A stretch of DNA of 64,000 bases from the human T2T-CHM13v2.0 reference genome, Homo sapiens. The DNA lies in NCBI RefSeq assembly GCF_009914755.1, contig NC_060925.1. One strand, 5' to 3'. Position numbers and translations under genes: made by a program. Shown piece by piece: positions 12,472 to 23,945 of this stretch. Numbering within the stretch: the stretch's first letter is position 1; each line of letters begins with the position of its first letter. The notes beneath the pieces were generated by a model. That model saw nothing but the letters and a program-made list of their open reading frames with translations. It was not told where the DNA came from and ran no database searches.

Positions 12472-12487
12472 CCGCTAGGTGGCAGCA
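12472..12487 (+). promoter_or_regulatory. CTCF core motif
   Basis: CCGCTAGGTGGCAG(CA) matches CCRSYAGRKGGCRS at every position, within a small CpG-rich patch ~1.9 kb upstream of the inferred TSS. Confidence 0.65.
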
Positions 12488-12699
12488 CTGCCGGCGCCTC
12501 CTTCCCCGCCGGCCGCCATAGGCCCCGCTGGTTCCAGGACCTCCCTGCCTCCTTCGCCTCTTAATGGGATCCGCTCCCTCACACCCCTCAGGGAGAGGCT
12601 CTAGGGGACGATGACCCAGGGGCGGCCCGGCAGGGAAACTGCTGAGTCACCCTGCTGCCTCTCGGGTCCTCTGACCGGCTCACAGATCACCATAGCCAC

Positions 12700-12850
12700 A
12701 GTGTGTGTGAGGCCTTCTCATGGAGCCCTGCAAACACCTCCCCGGGGAGGGGCTGTGGGACCCATCTTACAGATGAGGAGACCGAGGGTCGGAGAGGCCA
12801 CACAACTCGGCCAGGACCCCGAGTTAGCAAGCGCTGGCCCCTGGTCCAGC
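12700..12850 (-). mobile_element. MIR fragment
   Basis: cccatcttacagatgaggagaccgagg core. Confidence 0.6.
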
Positions 12851-13996
12851 CACGGCAAGGCTGGCCCTCCTGCCACCACACTTCCCTGCCTCTGGCCCTC
12901 TGCCGGGAGTCTTGGTGGGGAAGTCACTGTCTTCATCCTCCTGCCCGGGCAGAGTCCAATCCTGTGCCTGGCTCCTCAAGACCGTTGGCAAAGATCCTGG
13001 AGGCCTGGGGGTGAAAGGGCTGCTTGGGGGACTTAAGCCCCAAGCTATGGTTCGCCTGGGAGACTGAGCCCCAAGCCATGGTCCTCCTGGCTCTGCCCTT
13101 CCACCCCCTCACTGGCTGCCCCTCCCAGGGAGGCCTCACCTGTGAAGTGCTTCCCGCCCCTCTCACCCCCCACGGCTCTCACATGGCCTGGGGCGATTCC
13201 AGAGCTGGCCTGGGTCAAGCACCTGCACAGAGCACAGAGCGAAGGCTCGGCATGGTATATCCCCCGCCCCTTGCACCTTTCCCCAGTGAAGGGTGGCACC
13301 AGTGTCCTTTCCAAGGCCCGGATTCTGCACTGCCCTCAGCCTGTGGAGGATTAAAAGCAGGGTTTTGCCGTGGTTTCTCAAGGCGTCAGCGGGTCTGCAG
13401 AGGATTCCGCCCCATGTCACTTCTCTCAGTGAAAGGTCCCCGCCCAGCGTCTGTCCTCCTTTAAGTGCCCCCCATTTGTTTTTTGTTGTTGTTTTTGTTT
13501 GTTTTTTGCAAATACAGACTAACCAGGTAGGCACAGAGGAGTCCTGGCATGGGAAGGGAGCAGTGAAACGCCGGTGGAGAGTCCGGGAGGCCCAGATTCC
13601 CTGGAACTTTCCAGTGACTCCTCCGGAGCAAGGGCCTGGCCAGGCAGCAGCTGCGCTGGGCGATGAGGGACCGTTGGGTAATTGGGGGCATAGGACCGGG
13701 CTTCGCTGGGTTCGGGGCAGAAGCGCCGAAGCTCCGACCCGGAACGCGGTGACTTCATCAACGCAGAAGCCCGCGCAGCCGAGCAGAGGAGTCCCTCGTA
13801 GGCGACCCTCGGACAGACGCTCCTGCGCGGCCCGCGTGGCTCAGCTCCGCCCCAGGAAACTTTTCGCGCAGCCCCCGCTCCATGCGCCCCCACCCAGTCC
13901 TTCTTCGGGGCCGCCCCCTCCCCAAAGTAGCTCTCCGGGTCCACTGGGCGCCCCCGTAACCGGGTCGGAACCTCGAACGGCTTCGCGTGCCATCCG

Positions 13997-14010
13997 GTTA
14001 CCCTGGCAAC
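13997..14010. promoter_or_regulatory. RFX X-box motif
   Basis: GTTACCCTGGCAAC closely matches the palindromic RFX consensus GTTGCCATGGCAAC; CCAAT nearby at ~14034. Confidence 0.6.
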
Positions 14011-14244
14011 ACCATCCGGCGGCGCCCGGCGGTCCAATCCTAGCCTGCGGCCTCTCTCGAGCCTTTCGCAAGGTGGGGACCGGGACGCGACCGGGGATGG
14101 GGAAGGGGGCTGCAGGAGGCCCCGCCTGCGCTGTCGCCCCTGCTGGGCACAGCGCCCCCCACCACCCGCGGCGACCCCGGCCCCCGCAAGTTGGGGCGGC
14201 GAGCAGGAGCCGGGGCCAGGCCAGGGGCTCGAGCTCCCGTTCGA

Positions 14245-14290
14245 GGGGCGGGGAAGGCGGGTGACGTGAGCCGGGCCGGGCGGGCGGAGT
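14245..14290 (+). promoter_or_regulatory. Proximal promoter: GC boxes flanking a CRE/UPRE-like TGACGTGA (14262-14269)
   Basis: GGGGCGGGG and GGGCGG Sp/KLF boxes with GTGACGTGAG between them; TATA-less. Confidence 0.5.
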
Positions 14291-14329
14291 TGGGACCGGC
14301 TCCGGGAGGCGGGGGCGAGCGCGCGGAGA

Positions 14330-15149
14330 GGCAGACGCGAGGAGGGAGGCGGCTGAGCAGCGCGGGCGGCTCTGCGGCGGGCGCGGTGGGCGCGGGCGGC
14401 GGGGCCCCGGGATCCCCGCGCGCCTCCTCCGCGCGGCGCCGCCGCCGCGCGTCCCCACGCCCCGCGCTCCACGGCGCCCTCGCCCCGCGCGCCTCTCGTG
14501 CCCGCCTCCTGCCAGTCTCCGGGCCGCGGCCGTCTGCAGAGCGAGCGCTCAGACGGAGCCCCCGGGCAACTTGAGTGGCGCCGATCGGCGGCGGAGCCTC
14601 TGGCAGAGCCCCCCGACCCGGCAGCGCGGAGGGGACTCGCGTCCGTCCGCGTCGCGTCGCCCCAAACCCTAAGCAGCGCCGCCCCATCGGCGCGGAGCTC
14701 CGGCTGGAGGCAAGAGCCGCGCGCCGGGAGACACGCACCGTGAGCGGCAGCGCCGCCGGCCTCCCTCCTCGCCGCCCCGGAGGGCGAAGCCGCGGCTCCC
14801 CAGCCCTTTGCTGCGCCGCGACAGCGCCGGAACACGCCCCGCCTCGCTGCCGCCTTCGCTGTGCCGCCGGCGGAGGGGGCCGCGAGCCCCGCGCCCCGGC
14901 CGGAGGATGTGCGCCCCCGCGGGCCGCCCAGCCTGAGCCATGCGCCCCAACGGCGGCGGCGCGCCGGCCGGCATGGAGCCCCGCGCGGCCGCGCTCTGAC
15001 TCGCTGTGCGCCCCGCGGCCGGCGGGCGGCGGGAGGCGGCGGACCGAGAGCCGGAGACCGGCGCCGCGGGACGGAAGCGAGCGGGCGCGGGCGCCGCGCA
15101 GATGGCCTGGGCGAGCCAGGTCTGAGGCCCCGCTCCCCGAAACGTGACC
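14330..15149 (+). other. AJAP1: AJAP1 exon 1 5' UTR (GC-rich, contains uORFs); TSS position approximate
   Basis: Very GC-rich stretch between the GC-box/CRE-like cluster (~14240-14310) and the ATG at 15150. The start is inferred, not observed. Confidence 0.6.
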
Positions 15150-15178
15150 ATGTGGATTCAACAGCTTTTAGGACTCAG
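15150..15178 (+). CDS. AJAP1: AJAP1 (SHREW1) coding part of exon 1, encoding MWIQQLLGL plus the first 2 nt of Ser10
   Basis: ACC-ATG TGG ATT CAA CAG CTT TTA GGA CTC AG|GTGAGC translates to MWIQQLLGL(S), the recognised N-terminus of AJAP1. A at -3 (Kozak), canonical donor at 15179, inside a CpG island. The exon 2 sequence (…SMSIRWPGRP) is not found in the window. Confidence 0.93.
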
Positions 15179-17711
15179 GTGAGCGACCCGGCCGGCGCCG
15201 GGTGCGTGTGGGCGCGTGGGTGCCAGGCTGGGCGGAAGCGGCGCTTTCCTCTATGTTGCAAATCAAGGGACCCCTCTTCGCTTCCCGCAAGCGGGCAACG
15301 GGGTGCACCGGTAGCCGGAAAGGGGCGCCCGCCCGGAGCCTGGAGCAGCACCGCGGCCCTGGCGGGGAGCGGCCGGGTCTCCAGGGTTCCGCGCGTCCGG
15401 GGTCGGGGCAGCGGCGCCCGCCCCAGCAACCCGGGAAGTGGGGCCGGCCAGGCGCGCCCGCAGCTCTAGGAGCCAGCAGCGCAGTGTCCTGGCCGGCTGC
15501 CCCGGCGCGCCTCCTCCCCGGGGCCCGGGGCGAGGCGCCGGCCGCTGGGCGCGGCGGGCGCGGGGGCCGGGGCTGCCGGGGAAAGCTAAAGCTCCGGGCT
15601 CCCAGCGAGAGCTTCGCAGGCGGAGTTGGAGGAAACCACAGCCAAACAGCCACTCCGCTCCCCCTTCTCCTTTCTCGGGGCCCCGGGGCTGAGCAGGGGC
15701 CTCCCAGGCTCCCAGCTGCCGACCCAGCTGTTTGCGGGTGACCTCCGGGCCCGACGGGCGCTCACAGCTGGCGGGCAGCTGGGGCGGGAGAGCTGGGGTT
15801 CTTGGGGAGCTCCGGCGGCCACCCCGCTGTAAACACACACGCACATACGCCCGCCGGCGCGCCCGGGGCTTGTCTGTGTCTGGGACTCCAGGGCCAGATG
15901 GAAGAGGGGGTTCGAGCCTAGAGCCCGTGGTGGGGGTGTCCAGAAAGACCCTTCTCGGCAAACTTTGCCAGCCCGCCGGGGTTCTCGGGCTTCTCTGGCT
16001 TCTGCCTGGGGTGGCCCAGGGCCCACCAGAGCACAGCTGTCGTTTTTGCTGGGCAGGCTGCCTCTGAGCCCTCGCCCTCCTGCCGGGGCATTCACCGAGC
16101 TCGTGCATTTGGGTCCCGGGTTGGAACCGCGAGCGGGGAGGACAGAGGTGGAGGCGGAGAGCAGCGTGCGGTTCTCGAGTTTGTCCACTGGGATGCACTG
16201 CGCTCCCGCGTTGGGGACGAAAAGGCCAGTAGTTGTTAGCCCGCTGCTTGAGCCGCCCCCACTCAGGGATGAAGCTGCGGGGGGAGTGAGGCGAAGGGAG
16301 GGAGGATCTAGTGCGTGTCCTGATTTTGAGAAATCGGAAGGGGACTGGGACGCCAAGTGTTTTCTAGCGACCCTTGATTTATGAGCCGATTCTGCTCCCA
16401 GAGGTGAATACTGTGTAACACATCTAGTGAACATTGTCAGATGTTATTATTAGCATCCCTTCTCTCAGTGGCCGATCTTGCTGTGGGCTTCAAAGGTTAA
16501 TCATGGAGCCGATTGTGTTGGGTGTGGGATATTGGTCGGGCGTGAATCGATAAGTGTGCTTGGGCTAGATAAGGTTTAGGCTTGGACCGTTCTGGGATGT
16601 TGGCAAAATGGAGCGAGGACAGCTTTGCAGGAATGACCCTGATCCAGGTGCCCTGGAGGCCTGCCATCCCCTGCTCTGCCCCGGACTGTCCCAGGTCTCA
16701 GCAAGACCTTCCAAGGCTTTGTGAATGACCAGACGGGTCCCCACACTGGCCAGTGGCTGGTCTTCAGCTCCGACCTGCTTCCTGAGCTGCCACTTGATTC
16801 CTGATGGCAACTTATTTGAACAGACATTTTTTTTTATTGCTAAGTTGCTAGATTAAAAGATGAGTACATTTTGATAAAGGGAGAGAAGAGCAAATATCTT
16901 GGAAAGAAGCCTCTCTTTTGATTTGAAATTTACTAAAACAGTTCCTCTCAAGCATCCTCAAGCCGGATCTTGGGATTTTGCTTTAGGAAATAGTTCTGTT
17001 GGTTCTTTTGAAGTTTGACCTTTCGTTTTTCCCCCCTCGATGTCAGCACAGGAGATTTTCTGTAAGTGTGCCTTTAAGGACGAGCTGTCACCTATTTGGG
17101 ATCCTGATGGGAGAGCTCTGTCTTGTTACTGCTGTCTCCTGGCCAGAGAAGGAGGCCTGTACCCAGAGGGTCTGGGTGGTTTTGCATCACAATGGGCACC
17201 TGGGGACTCTGAGCCAAAGGGTTGCAAGTTCAAGGTCTGGAAATGCACTTTTTCTTTCAAGACAGCCCTTCACCTTTGCTTGCAAGCCACTCCGCGGCTC
17301 CCTAGGTGAGCACTGGGCGTCTTGCTGCCAAGCTTGGAGCCTGGTTAGGACAGGTAGACACTGAGCCTCCAGCTGGGGTGGCAGAAGGCCTGGCTTGCTC
17401 CACCATGGGAGAGGTGCAGTGTAACTTGCTGGGCAGGGGGTGGGGGTGGGGGTGGGGTGGGCTTTCTTAGTTCCGGCCCCAGAGACGAAGTCTGGGCTTG
17501 GTTATTTACGTCTGTGTTGGAACTGAGCTGTATGTGGAGCTTTTTTTTTTTCTTTTCCCCCCAAGAGGGAGAAGCAGATTGAGACTTATTGAGCAGCTTT
17601 TGTGTCTTTTGCGGTGGCATTTAATAGTTGTAGCAGAGCTCCAAAGATACTTTCCATCAGCTGAGAGAGAGGGAGCCACGGAAGGAGACCCAGTGGCTTG
17701 ACAAGCCCTGC

Positions 17712-17800
17712 CAGAGCTCACCCGTGGAGGAGGCGCGTATTCAGCAAGCAGCTCAGAGCTCACCCGTGGAGGGGGCGCGTACTCAGCAAGCAGCCCAGAG
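17712..17800. repeat. 42-bp tandem duplication (2 copies)
   Basis: CAGAGCTCACCCGTGGAGG(A/G)GGCGCGTA(T/C)TCAGCAAGCAGC repeated at 17712 and 17754. Confidence 0.9.
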
Positions 17801-19404
17801 TTTGGAATTGGCTTCCTGGTTGTGAGTTGCTTCCCAGGCTGCAGACCTCAGATGCTGTGGCTTCCTCAGGGGCTCCGAGCGTCCACCTAATACGTTTGCT
17901 GGGTTGCGCTCAGGACTGTGATCCCTAGCAGAGTGCCACGAGCTCATTCCCAGCCCATGTCCCTGCGGCCATCCCATCTGTTCTCCCGCTCCAAGGTTCT
18001 GGGGCCCCTTTTGTTTGGGAGGCCCTGGGTGTGTGTGTTGACATAATTCACAGTTCCCCAAGCCCTCTCAGTGCGCGCTGTACCATGTCTGGGCCTCATG
18101 GCAGGGATCCATTGGCTTGGCTGTCACCATCCTCGCTGTAGAGTCCCCAGGCAGCTGGGGCTGTGCAGCCCAGCTTTAGCGGATGAAGTCAAACGCGCAG
18201 TCCACAAACATTGCGCTCCGGGTGAATCCTGGCTCGCGCCGATTTCCAGCTGCTGCTACTAAATTGATTGCAACTGGAATCTATCTAGTGTCAGCGGCTG
18301 TGCTACTCCTCGGGGACAATCATGCTTGACTAAACTGCAAATTTAGGAGGCAGCTCAAATCTTTGGGCAACATCGGTACATACCCCCCTTTCATGCTCAC
18401 CCCCACCTTGGGGATACACTGGCCAAGTGGAGGAGCTGATGGCAGACTCCTCCCAGTGTGTCCCTGTTGTTTATTTACTTTGATCACCTGCTTCCTTTTC
18501 TTCCATGCATTGGAGAGGGGAGCAGGGCAACGCAGCTCAGGAATGGAGACAGCCCCACGCCTGCCGGGGACAGCTGTCTCTGGGTCCCTGGAGGCAGAGC
18601 AGCGCCGGCTTCTCCAAGGCATGCACCTGCGTCTTTCTAGCGGGGGTCGCTGGAGGTGCTTCTGGACCCCAACCCAGTCTCCACTTCCACAGCGCCAGTC
18701 CCTCTGACCCACACACAAATGGGGTGTTTGGCAGGTGGGGCCCTGTGTGCTCCTGGGTTCTGCATTTCCCTGAGCTTTTTGTGGGAAAGCCACAGGGTAC
18801 CTGGAGTGTGACCCTGGGTTACAATGAAGTAGGTAAACACAAAACCCTGACTGGATTGCAAACAGCTGAGCCTTCAAGAGCCCAGGGGCTCCTCTCAGGG
18901 GTTATATAAGAGTCATCTGTTTTAAATACGTAGTTGCCAAGTTTTCTTCAAAGGGTTACAAGTCAGTAGAGACCAAATTGATGTAAAGATTAGCTTGGAA
19001 AGCCAAATATATCCTTGATCTAGATTTTACATTTGAAGTCTGGCTTGAGAGGGTTTCTCCTGCCTGATGCCAATCAGACACAAGGAGGAGACAGGAGCAG
19101 GGGCTTTCTGGGGCTAGAGCAGGCAAACGTGGTACAGTCGACTCCATTCTTTCTTCCTCTGAGACCCCTTCCAGGAATTCAAAGGGGCTGGTGAGTCATG
19201 AGGCCTCGGAGCAGGGAGTGGTGGTGGTTACATAATTCAGATTAACTCTCAGTTAATCTGCCTTGAATAGAGAGTCAGGCTGGAGGGTGTCCATGTCAGA
19301 CCTCTGGTGGCCCTTGGGCGTGTCCCCAAGTACATCCGCCTCAGAGCTGGGATAAGATCAGGCACCAGGAGGAGAGAGGAGGACTGGCTACTCCTGGGTC
19401 AATC

Positions 19405-20285
19405 CCAAAAGGTTACTTACTATATGATGATTTCATAGCATTGAAATTGAGGTAGGAGATGGGACTTGACTCTGGAGGTGGGACTCAGACTGTGGACCAA
19501 ATTGAGGACTAGCTAAAACAGGGACAGGATGGAAGCACCATTCCATAAGACATGCCCGTCAATGTGCCATGTCAGTTTACCATTGCCAGGGCAACACCCA
19601 GTAGTTACTGCCCTTTCCATGGCGATGACCTGATGACCCAAAAATCACTACCCCTTCCCTAGAAATTTCTGCATAAACCGCCCCTTAATCTCCATGGAAT
19701 TAAAAGTAGGTATAAATACAACTGCAAAGCTGCCCCGAGCTGCTACTCTCAGCACGCTGCCTATGGGGCAGCCCTGTTCTGCAGCGGCAGACACGGAGCT
19801 GTCACACTGCCGGACCGGTAACACCACCACACCACCAGAGCTGGAACACCTCCTCAATAAAGCTGTTTTTCTTCTACCACTGGCTTGCCCTTGAATTCTT
19901 TTCTGGGCAAAGCCGAGAACCCTCATGGTCTAAGCCTCACTTTGGGGCATGCCGGCCCTGCATCAAAATGACAAAATTATAGACGTGGTACAATACTCAT
20001 ACTACTACTGCTACAGATGAGTAGTTGCCAGGGGTCAAAGAAGGAGTGGGGAACGGAAGGAAAGAGGGTGTGGTTACAAAAGGGCAACATCAGGCCTCCT
20101 TGTTGTGATGGAAACGTTCTCTATCTTGACTATATCCGTGTCACAATCCTGTTATATTATTGTATTGTCGTTTTGCAAATGTTACCACTGGGGGAATCTC
20201 GGTGAGGGGTACACAGGGTCTCTCTGTATGATGTCTTACAATGCCTGCAATTCCACAGTTAAAATTAAAGGTTTAATTAAAAGAA
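19405..20285 (+). mobile_element. L1MC/MD-type 3' fragment interrupted by the LTR
   Basis: cattgaaat|gacaaaattatag is contiguous across the LTR; gtagttgccagggg…gatggaaacgttctctatcttgact. Confidence 0.65.
19448..19965 (+). mobile_element. Complete solo ERV1 LTR (MER66-like, MER4 group)
   Basis: TG…CA termini, 4-bp TSD AAAT (19444-47 / 19966-69), TATAAATA at 19711, AATAAA at 19856. Confidence 0.8.
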
Positions 20286-21099
20286 ACAAACTAACATTCT
20301 CTACTAATCTGTCAGAGATTAGTGCCTAACTGATCTGACTGGCAAGCATGGGCACACGTGTGTGTATGTGAGTATTTAGCTTTTTTAGGGGTCGTGTATT
20401 TGTATTTAACAGCAGTCAAAGGTGATGTGGAAATGGGGAAAGGGGTAAAAAAATTGTTTTACAAAACTTGCTCAGTTATGTCTCTACCACATATTTTAGA
20501 ACGAAAAATTCAGCAGCATATGAACGTGCAGTGTTGCTAATGTTATGAGATCCATCATCGGTGACAGTAATAAATGACTTCAGGCATAATTATTGGATAA
20601 GAAGATCTGTCCACATCTTTACGTAAATTAGGTCAACTCTGAAGATAGAGCAGGTTTTCGGGGTCAGCCCCACTTTTCTACCCTGGCTTATAGGCTTCAA
20701 GACCATATTCTGAGGATTTTAAGTCAAACACAAAAACAGCTGGTTTCCTGTTTCTAGATCAGGGAAACATGAGCCTCAAGCTTGAGAAGGCAGACACTGG
20801 TTTGTGGCTTTGCTCTTATCACCTCATTTGGGGCTTTATGATAAAAGAACTGGGGGCTGGGGTGCTCTATCAGGACTTGTTGAATGAAACTGGGAGATAC
20901 AATGGGCAGCTCTATCAGATTTGTCTGTGAACTTCTGAGATATCATGACCTACACCTGATACTCTTTCTCTTTTCACATCCAGATGGGAGGTGCTGGAAC
21001 TAATACTGTAATACTGCTAGGCTTTTCCTAAGCCAGGCTTTGTGCTAAGTGATCTGATCCAACGGTGCTAAACTGTTCAGCCATTCTGTATTGTCCCAC

Positions 21100-21270
21100 T
21101 CCACCCTCATGTTCCTCAGGGTGGCCCTGCAAGGCAGGTATTATTGCTCCCATTTCACACAGGAGAAAACTGGAGCACAGAGAGGTTAGGTAATTTGCTC
21201 AAGGTCACACAGCTAGCTCATGGGAGAGGTGGGATTTGAACCCAGGTTTCCAGGACTCGAAGGTCCATTC
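21100..21270 (-). mobile_element. MIR
   Basis: ccatttcacacaggagaaaactggagcacagagaggttaggtaatttgctcaaggtcacacagct. Confidence 0.8.
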
Positions 21271-21770
21271 GTGCTCCTTATGCTGACCTCTGTGGCTTTC
21301 TTGTCTTATACAAAATCTACTTCTTACTCACTTTATTAAGTTACAGGTTGCCCTTTTGGGAAACACAAAACAAAATTTTCAAACAACAACAACAAAAAAT
21401 AAAACAAGAAGGACCCAGCTGCTGTGATGCCAAGTCAGCACTTCATGGATTTAGCCGTGTGTTCAGCTGACTCTGAAATCACAAGTCTCTCTGGTACCCA
21501 TGATTTTAAGTAAAAGGTTTATGGTCAAATGACAGATTATTTTGCAGCACAGAATTAATGAAACGTCATGGGGAGATGAAAACCTATCTGTGACACAGAT
21601 ACTGCTATTCAATCTATTTAATAATTAAAAATAAATATGTCACCAAATCCAAGGAGGCCTCTATCGAGAGCTTTCTTGAAATTAAAAACTGTGGAAATCA
21701 ATGAATGATCACATTGAGAAAGTTGGGTTTAGCATAAGAAGTCTGAGTAAAAGGAATTGCCCTTTATATT

Positions 21771-22300
21771 TGTGTGTGTGTGTGTGTGTGTCTGTGTGTG
21801 TGTGCATTTTTTTTGAAGCACAATTTACATGCAATGAAATGTATCCATTGAAAGTATATGGTTCATTGATTTTTAGGAAATTGGCCGAGTTGCACAACTA
21901 TTGCCATGGTCCAGTTTCAGCACGGTTGCTTCACCCCTGATAAGATCCCTTTTGCTGTTTGTAGCAATCCCCGTTCCTGCCTCCAGCCTTTGACGACCAC
22001 TCCTCTGATTTGGCCTTGATGGATTTGCCCATCCTCACTATTCCTGTAAATGGAATCCTCCAGCATGTGGTCATCCTTTTTGTCTGCCTTCTTTGGTGTC
22101 ATGTTCCGAGGTGTGTCTACGCAGTAGCTTGCCACGTCATTCCCTTTTTGTTCCTGAATGGTATCCTGATTTTCAGACATCCCGTTGGCTTGCCGGTTCA
22201 CCTGCTGATGCACCGTTGGGTTGTTGGCATGTTGGGGCTGGGGGAGCAGCGCTGCCATGAACTTCGCGTGCACGCCTCGGGATGGATGTTGTTTTCATTT
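21771..22300 (-). mobile_element. L1MB-type 3' fragment preceded by (TG)n
   Basis: (TG)n 21771-21803, then caatttacatgcaatgaaatg…gttgcacaactattgcc…gaacttcgcgtgcacgcc. Confidence 0.65.
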
Positions 22301-22854
22301 CTCTTGCCTCCACGTTATACTTTATAACCACAGACGTCAGTGCTCGGTGGGGCCGCAAGAAGCCCCTTATGTGTCGTTAGATGGATGGAAAATGTGCCGG
22401 GCTAGGCGCCCGTGGTCCAGCTCTGGGGTGGGATAGGCTCCTCCCTCTTGTTCTAAAGAGAACTCCCTACACACAAGCCATTGTTGATTCGAACATTTCG
22501 CATTCAATAAGCATTTATTGAGTGTCGAGTGCATTCTGCCACGGGGATGTGTTTTGGTTCGATGGAGAACAGGCATTTCCATTCTGCCTTGGTATAAAGG
22601 GGAATATTTTGAAGCATTAGAAGAAGTCCTATCTGGTCAGATGCCTGGAGGTGGAGGGGAGAGGGTCAGTGGTCTCTTGAAGGACCCAAACTGTGCCTAC
22701 TCCCCTGCACGTGGAAAGTGTGGGCTTCAGGGGGCTTCCAGGGAATGTAAGGGAGGCAGCCGTGCCTCCCCCTTCCCAGGGGGGCAGTGGGGCCAGTTTG
22801 GGGAAACCATCCTCATGGAGCATCATCTAGTGAGGGCTGAAGGGCATCATTTTG

Positions 22855-23002
22855 TTTTTATTTTATTTATTTTTTTATACTTTGAATAGATTAGGTCTTG
22901 CTGTGTTGCCCAAGCTGGTCTCAAATGCCTGAGCTCAAGCGATCATCCCACCTCAGCCTCCTAGAGTGCTGGGATTCCAGGCATGAGTCTCTGCACCCAG
23001 CC
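22855..23002 (-). mobile_element. Alu monomer (FLAM-like)
   Basis: ggtcttgctgtgttgcccaagctggtctcaaatgcctgagctcaagcgatc…gcacccagcc; single arm only. Confidence 0.85.
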
Positions 23003-23744
23003 AGGCATCATGTTTGATGGATGAGGCAGGGCCAGGGTCATAGGCACAGGGCAGACTGTGGAAAGCACCTCCAGAAAGCACGGGTCTTGGTGGGTGTTAG
23101 ACGCTGCCACTCACAGAAGGGGCAGCCCTCAAGCAGGCCATGGATTCCAGGAATTCCATGATGGGGATTGTTCGGCACCAACCACAGACTTGGAAGAACC
23201 CAACTGCATAAGAGGGAGAAATTAAGAGAACATTTCCCATCCTGGGGTAGATGACAGCGAACCCATGGCGCCCAGGCACCTCAAATGCAGGCTGCAGGTG
23301 GGAGGAGGGTGGCGCCTGGAGGAGCTCCTGGCATCCCTCTTGTGCTGGCCCCATGAGTGTGGATGAGGGTCTCGGCTCAACTGGCCCCAGACGGTCTTTG
23401 TATTCAGCTGCCAAGTTGTTAGCTGGTGTCGGGAGCAGAGACTGCCCAGACCTAGGGGTGGGGAAAAGATCTCAACTCTTGCAACCGGTGTGGACTCTTC
23501 GGTAGTTGCTTCTTCGAGCTCTGTGTAGAGAAGGATTCTGAGTTCTTCTGGGGATTTAGAGAGAGAAAAGTGCCTACAGACTGTTTGCCGTGTCTGCATG
23601 GGACATGGGATGAAAGAAGGGTGACTCCAGTACTGCAAAACTGCCCTTTTCGGGAGGCCTGGGTGCGGGGCTTGCTCATAGCCGCAGGTTCTTTCCCATA
23701 AACACCCTCACTGAGGCCTGTGTATGCAACATATCAGTGAACAG

Positions 23745-23945
23745 TTGCATGACACTTACTATGTAGCAGGCACTGTTCTATGCCCGTGCCGTATCTTAAC
23801 TCATTCCTACATTGCTATGGTAGGAGCACTTTAAGGATCTCCTGTGTGCAGAGAAGGCACAGAGAACCTGAATGAATTTCCCCAGGCCACACAGCAAGTA
23901 AATAGCAGAGCCCCCACTCAAACCCAGGCACTCAGCTCCAGCATC
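23745..23945 (-). mobile_element. MIR
   Basis: cacttactatgtagcaggcactgttcta…cccaggccacacagcaagtaaatagcagagc. Confidence 0.7.

Larger units (their letters stand above)
13640..16330. promoter_or_regulatory. Promoter CpG island of AJAP1
   Basis: Sustained very high GC and CpG density compared with CpG-depleted flanks; spans exon 1. Confidence 0.92.

Noticed and set aside
13293-16434. Many long overlapping ORFs (up to 438 aa) on both strands
   Set aside because: Expected in a very GC-rich island with few stop codons; Ala/Arg/Gly/Pro low-complexity products with no recognisable domain. The real coding segment is the 29-nt exon 1 portion.
17722-17780. CTCF-like AGGGGGCGC in the 42-bp duplication
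   Set aside because: The 5' half of the core has three mismatches; too weak to call.
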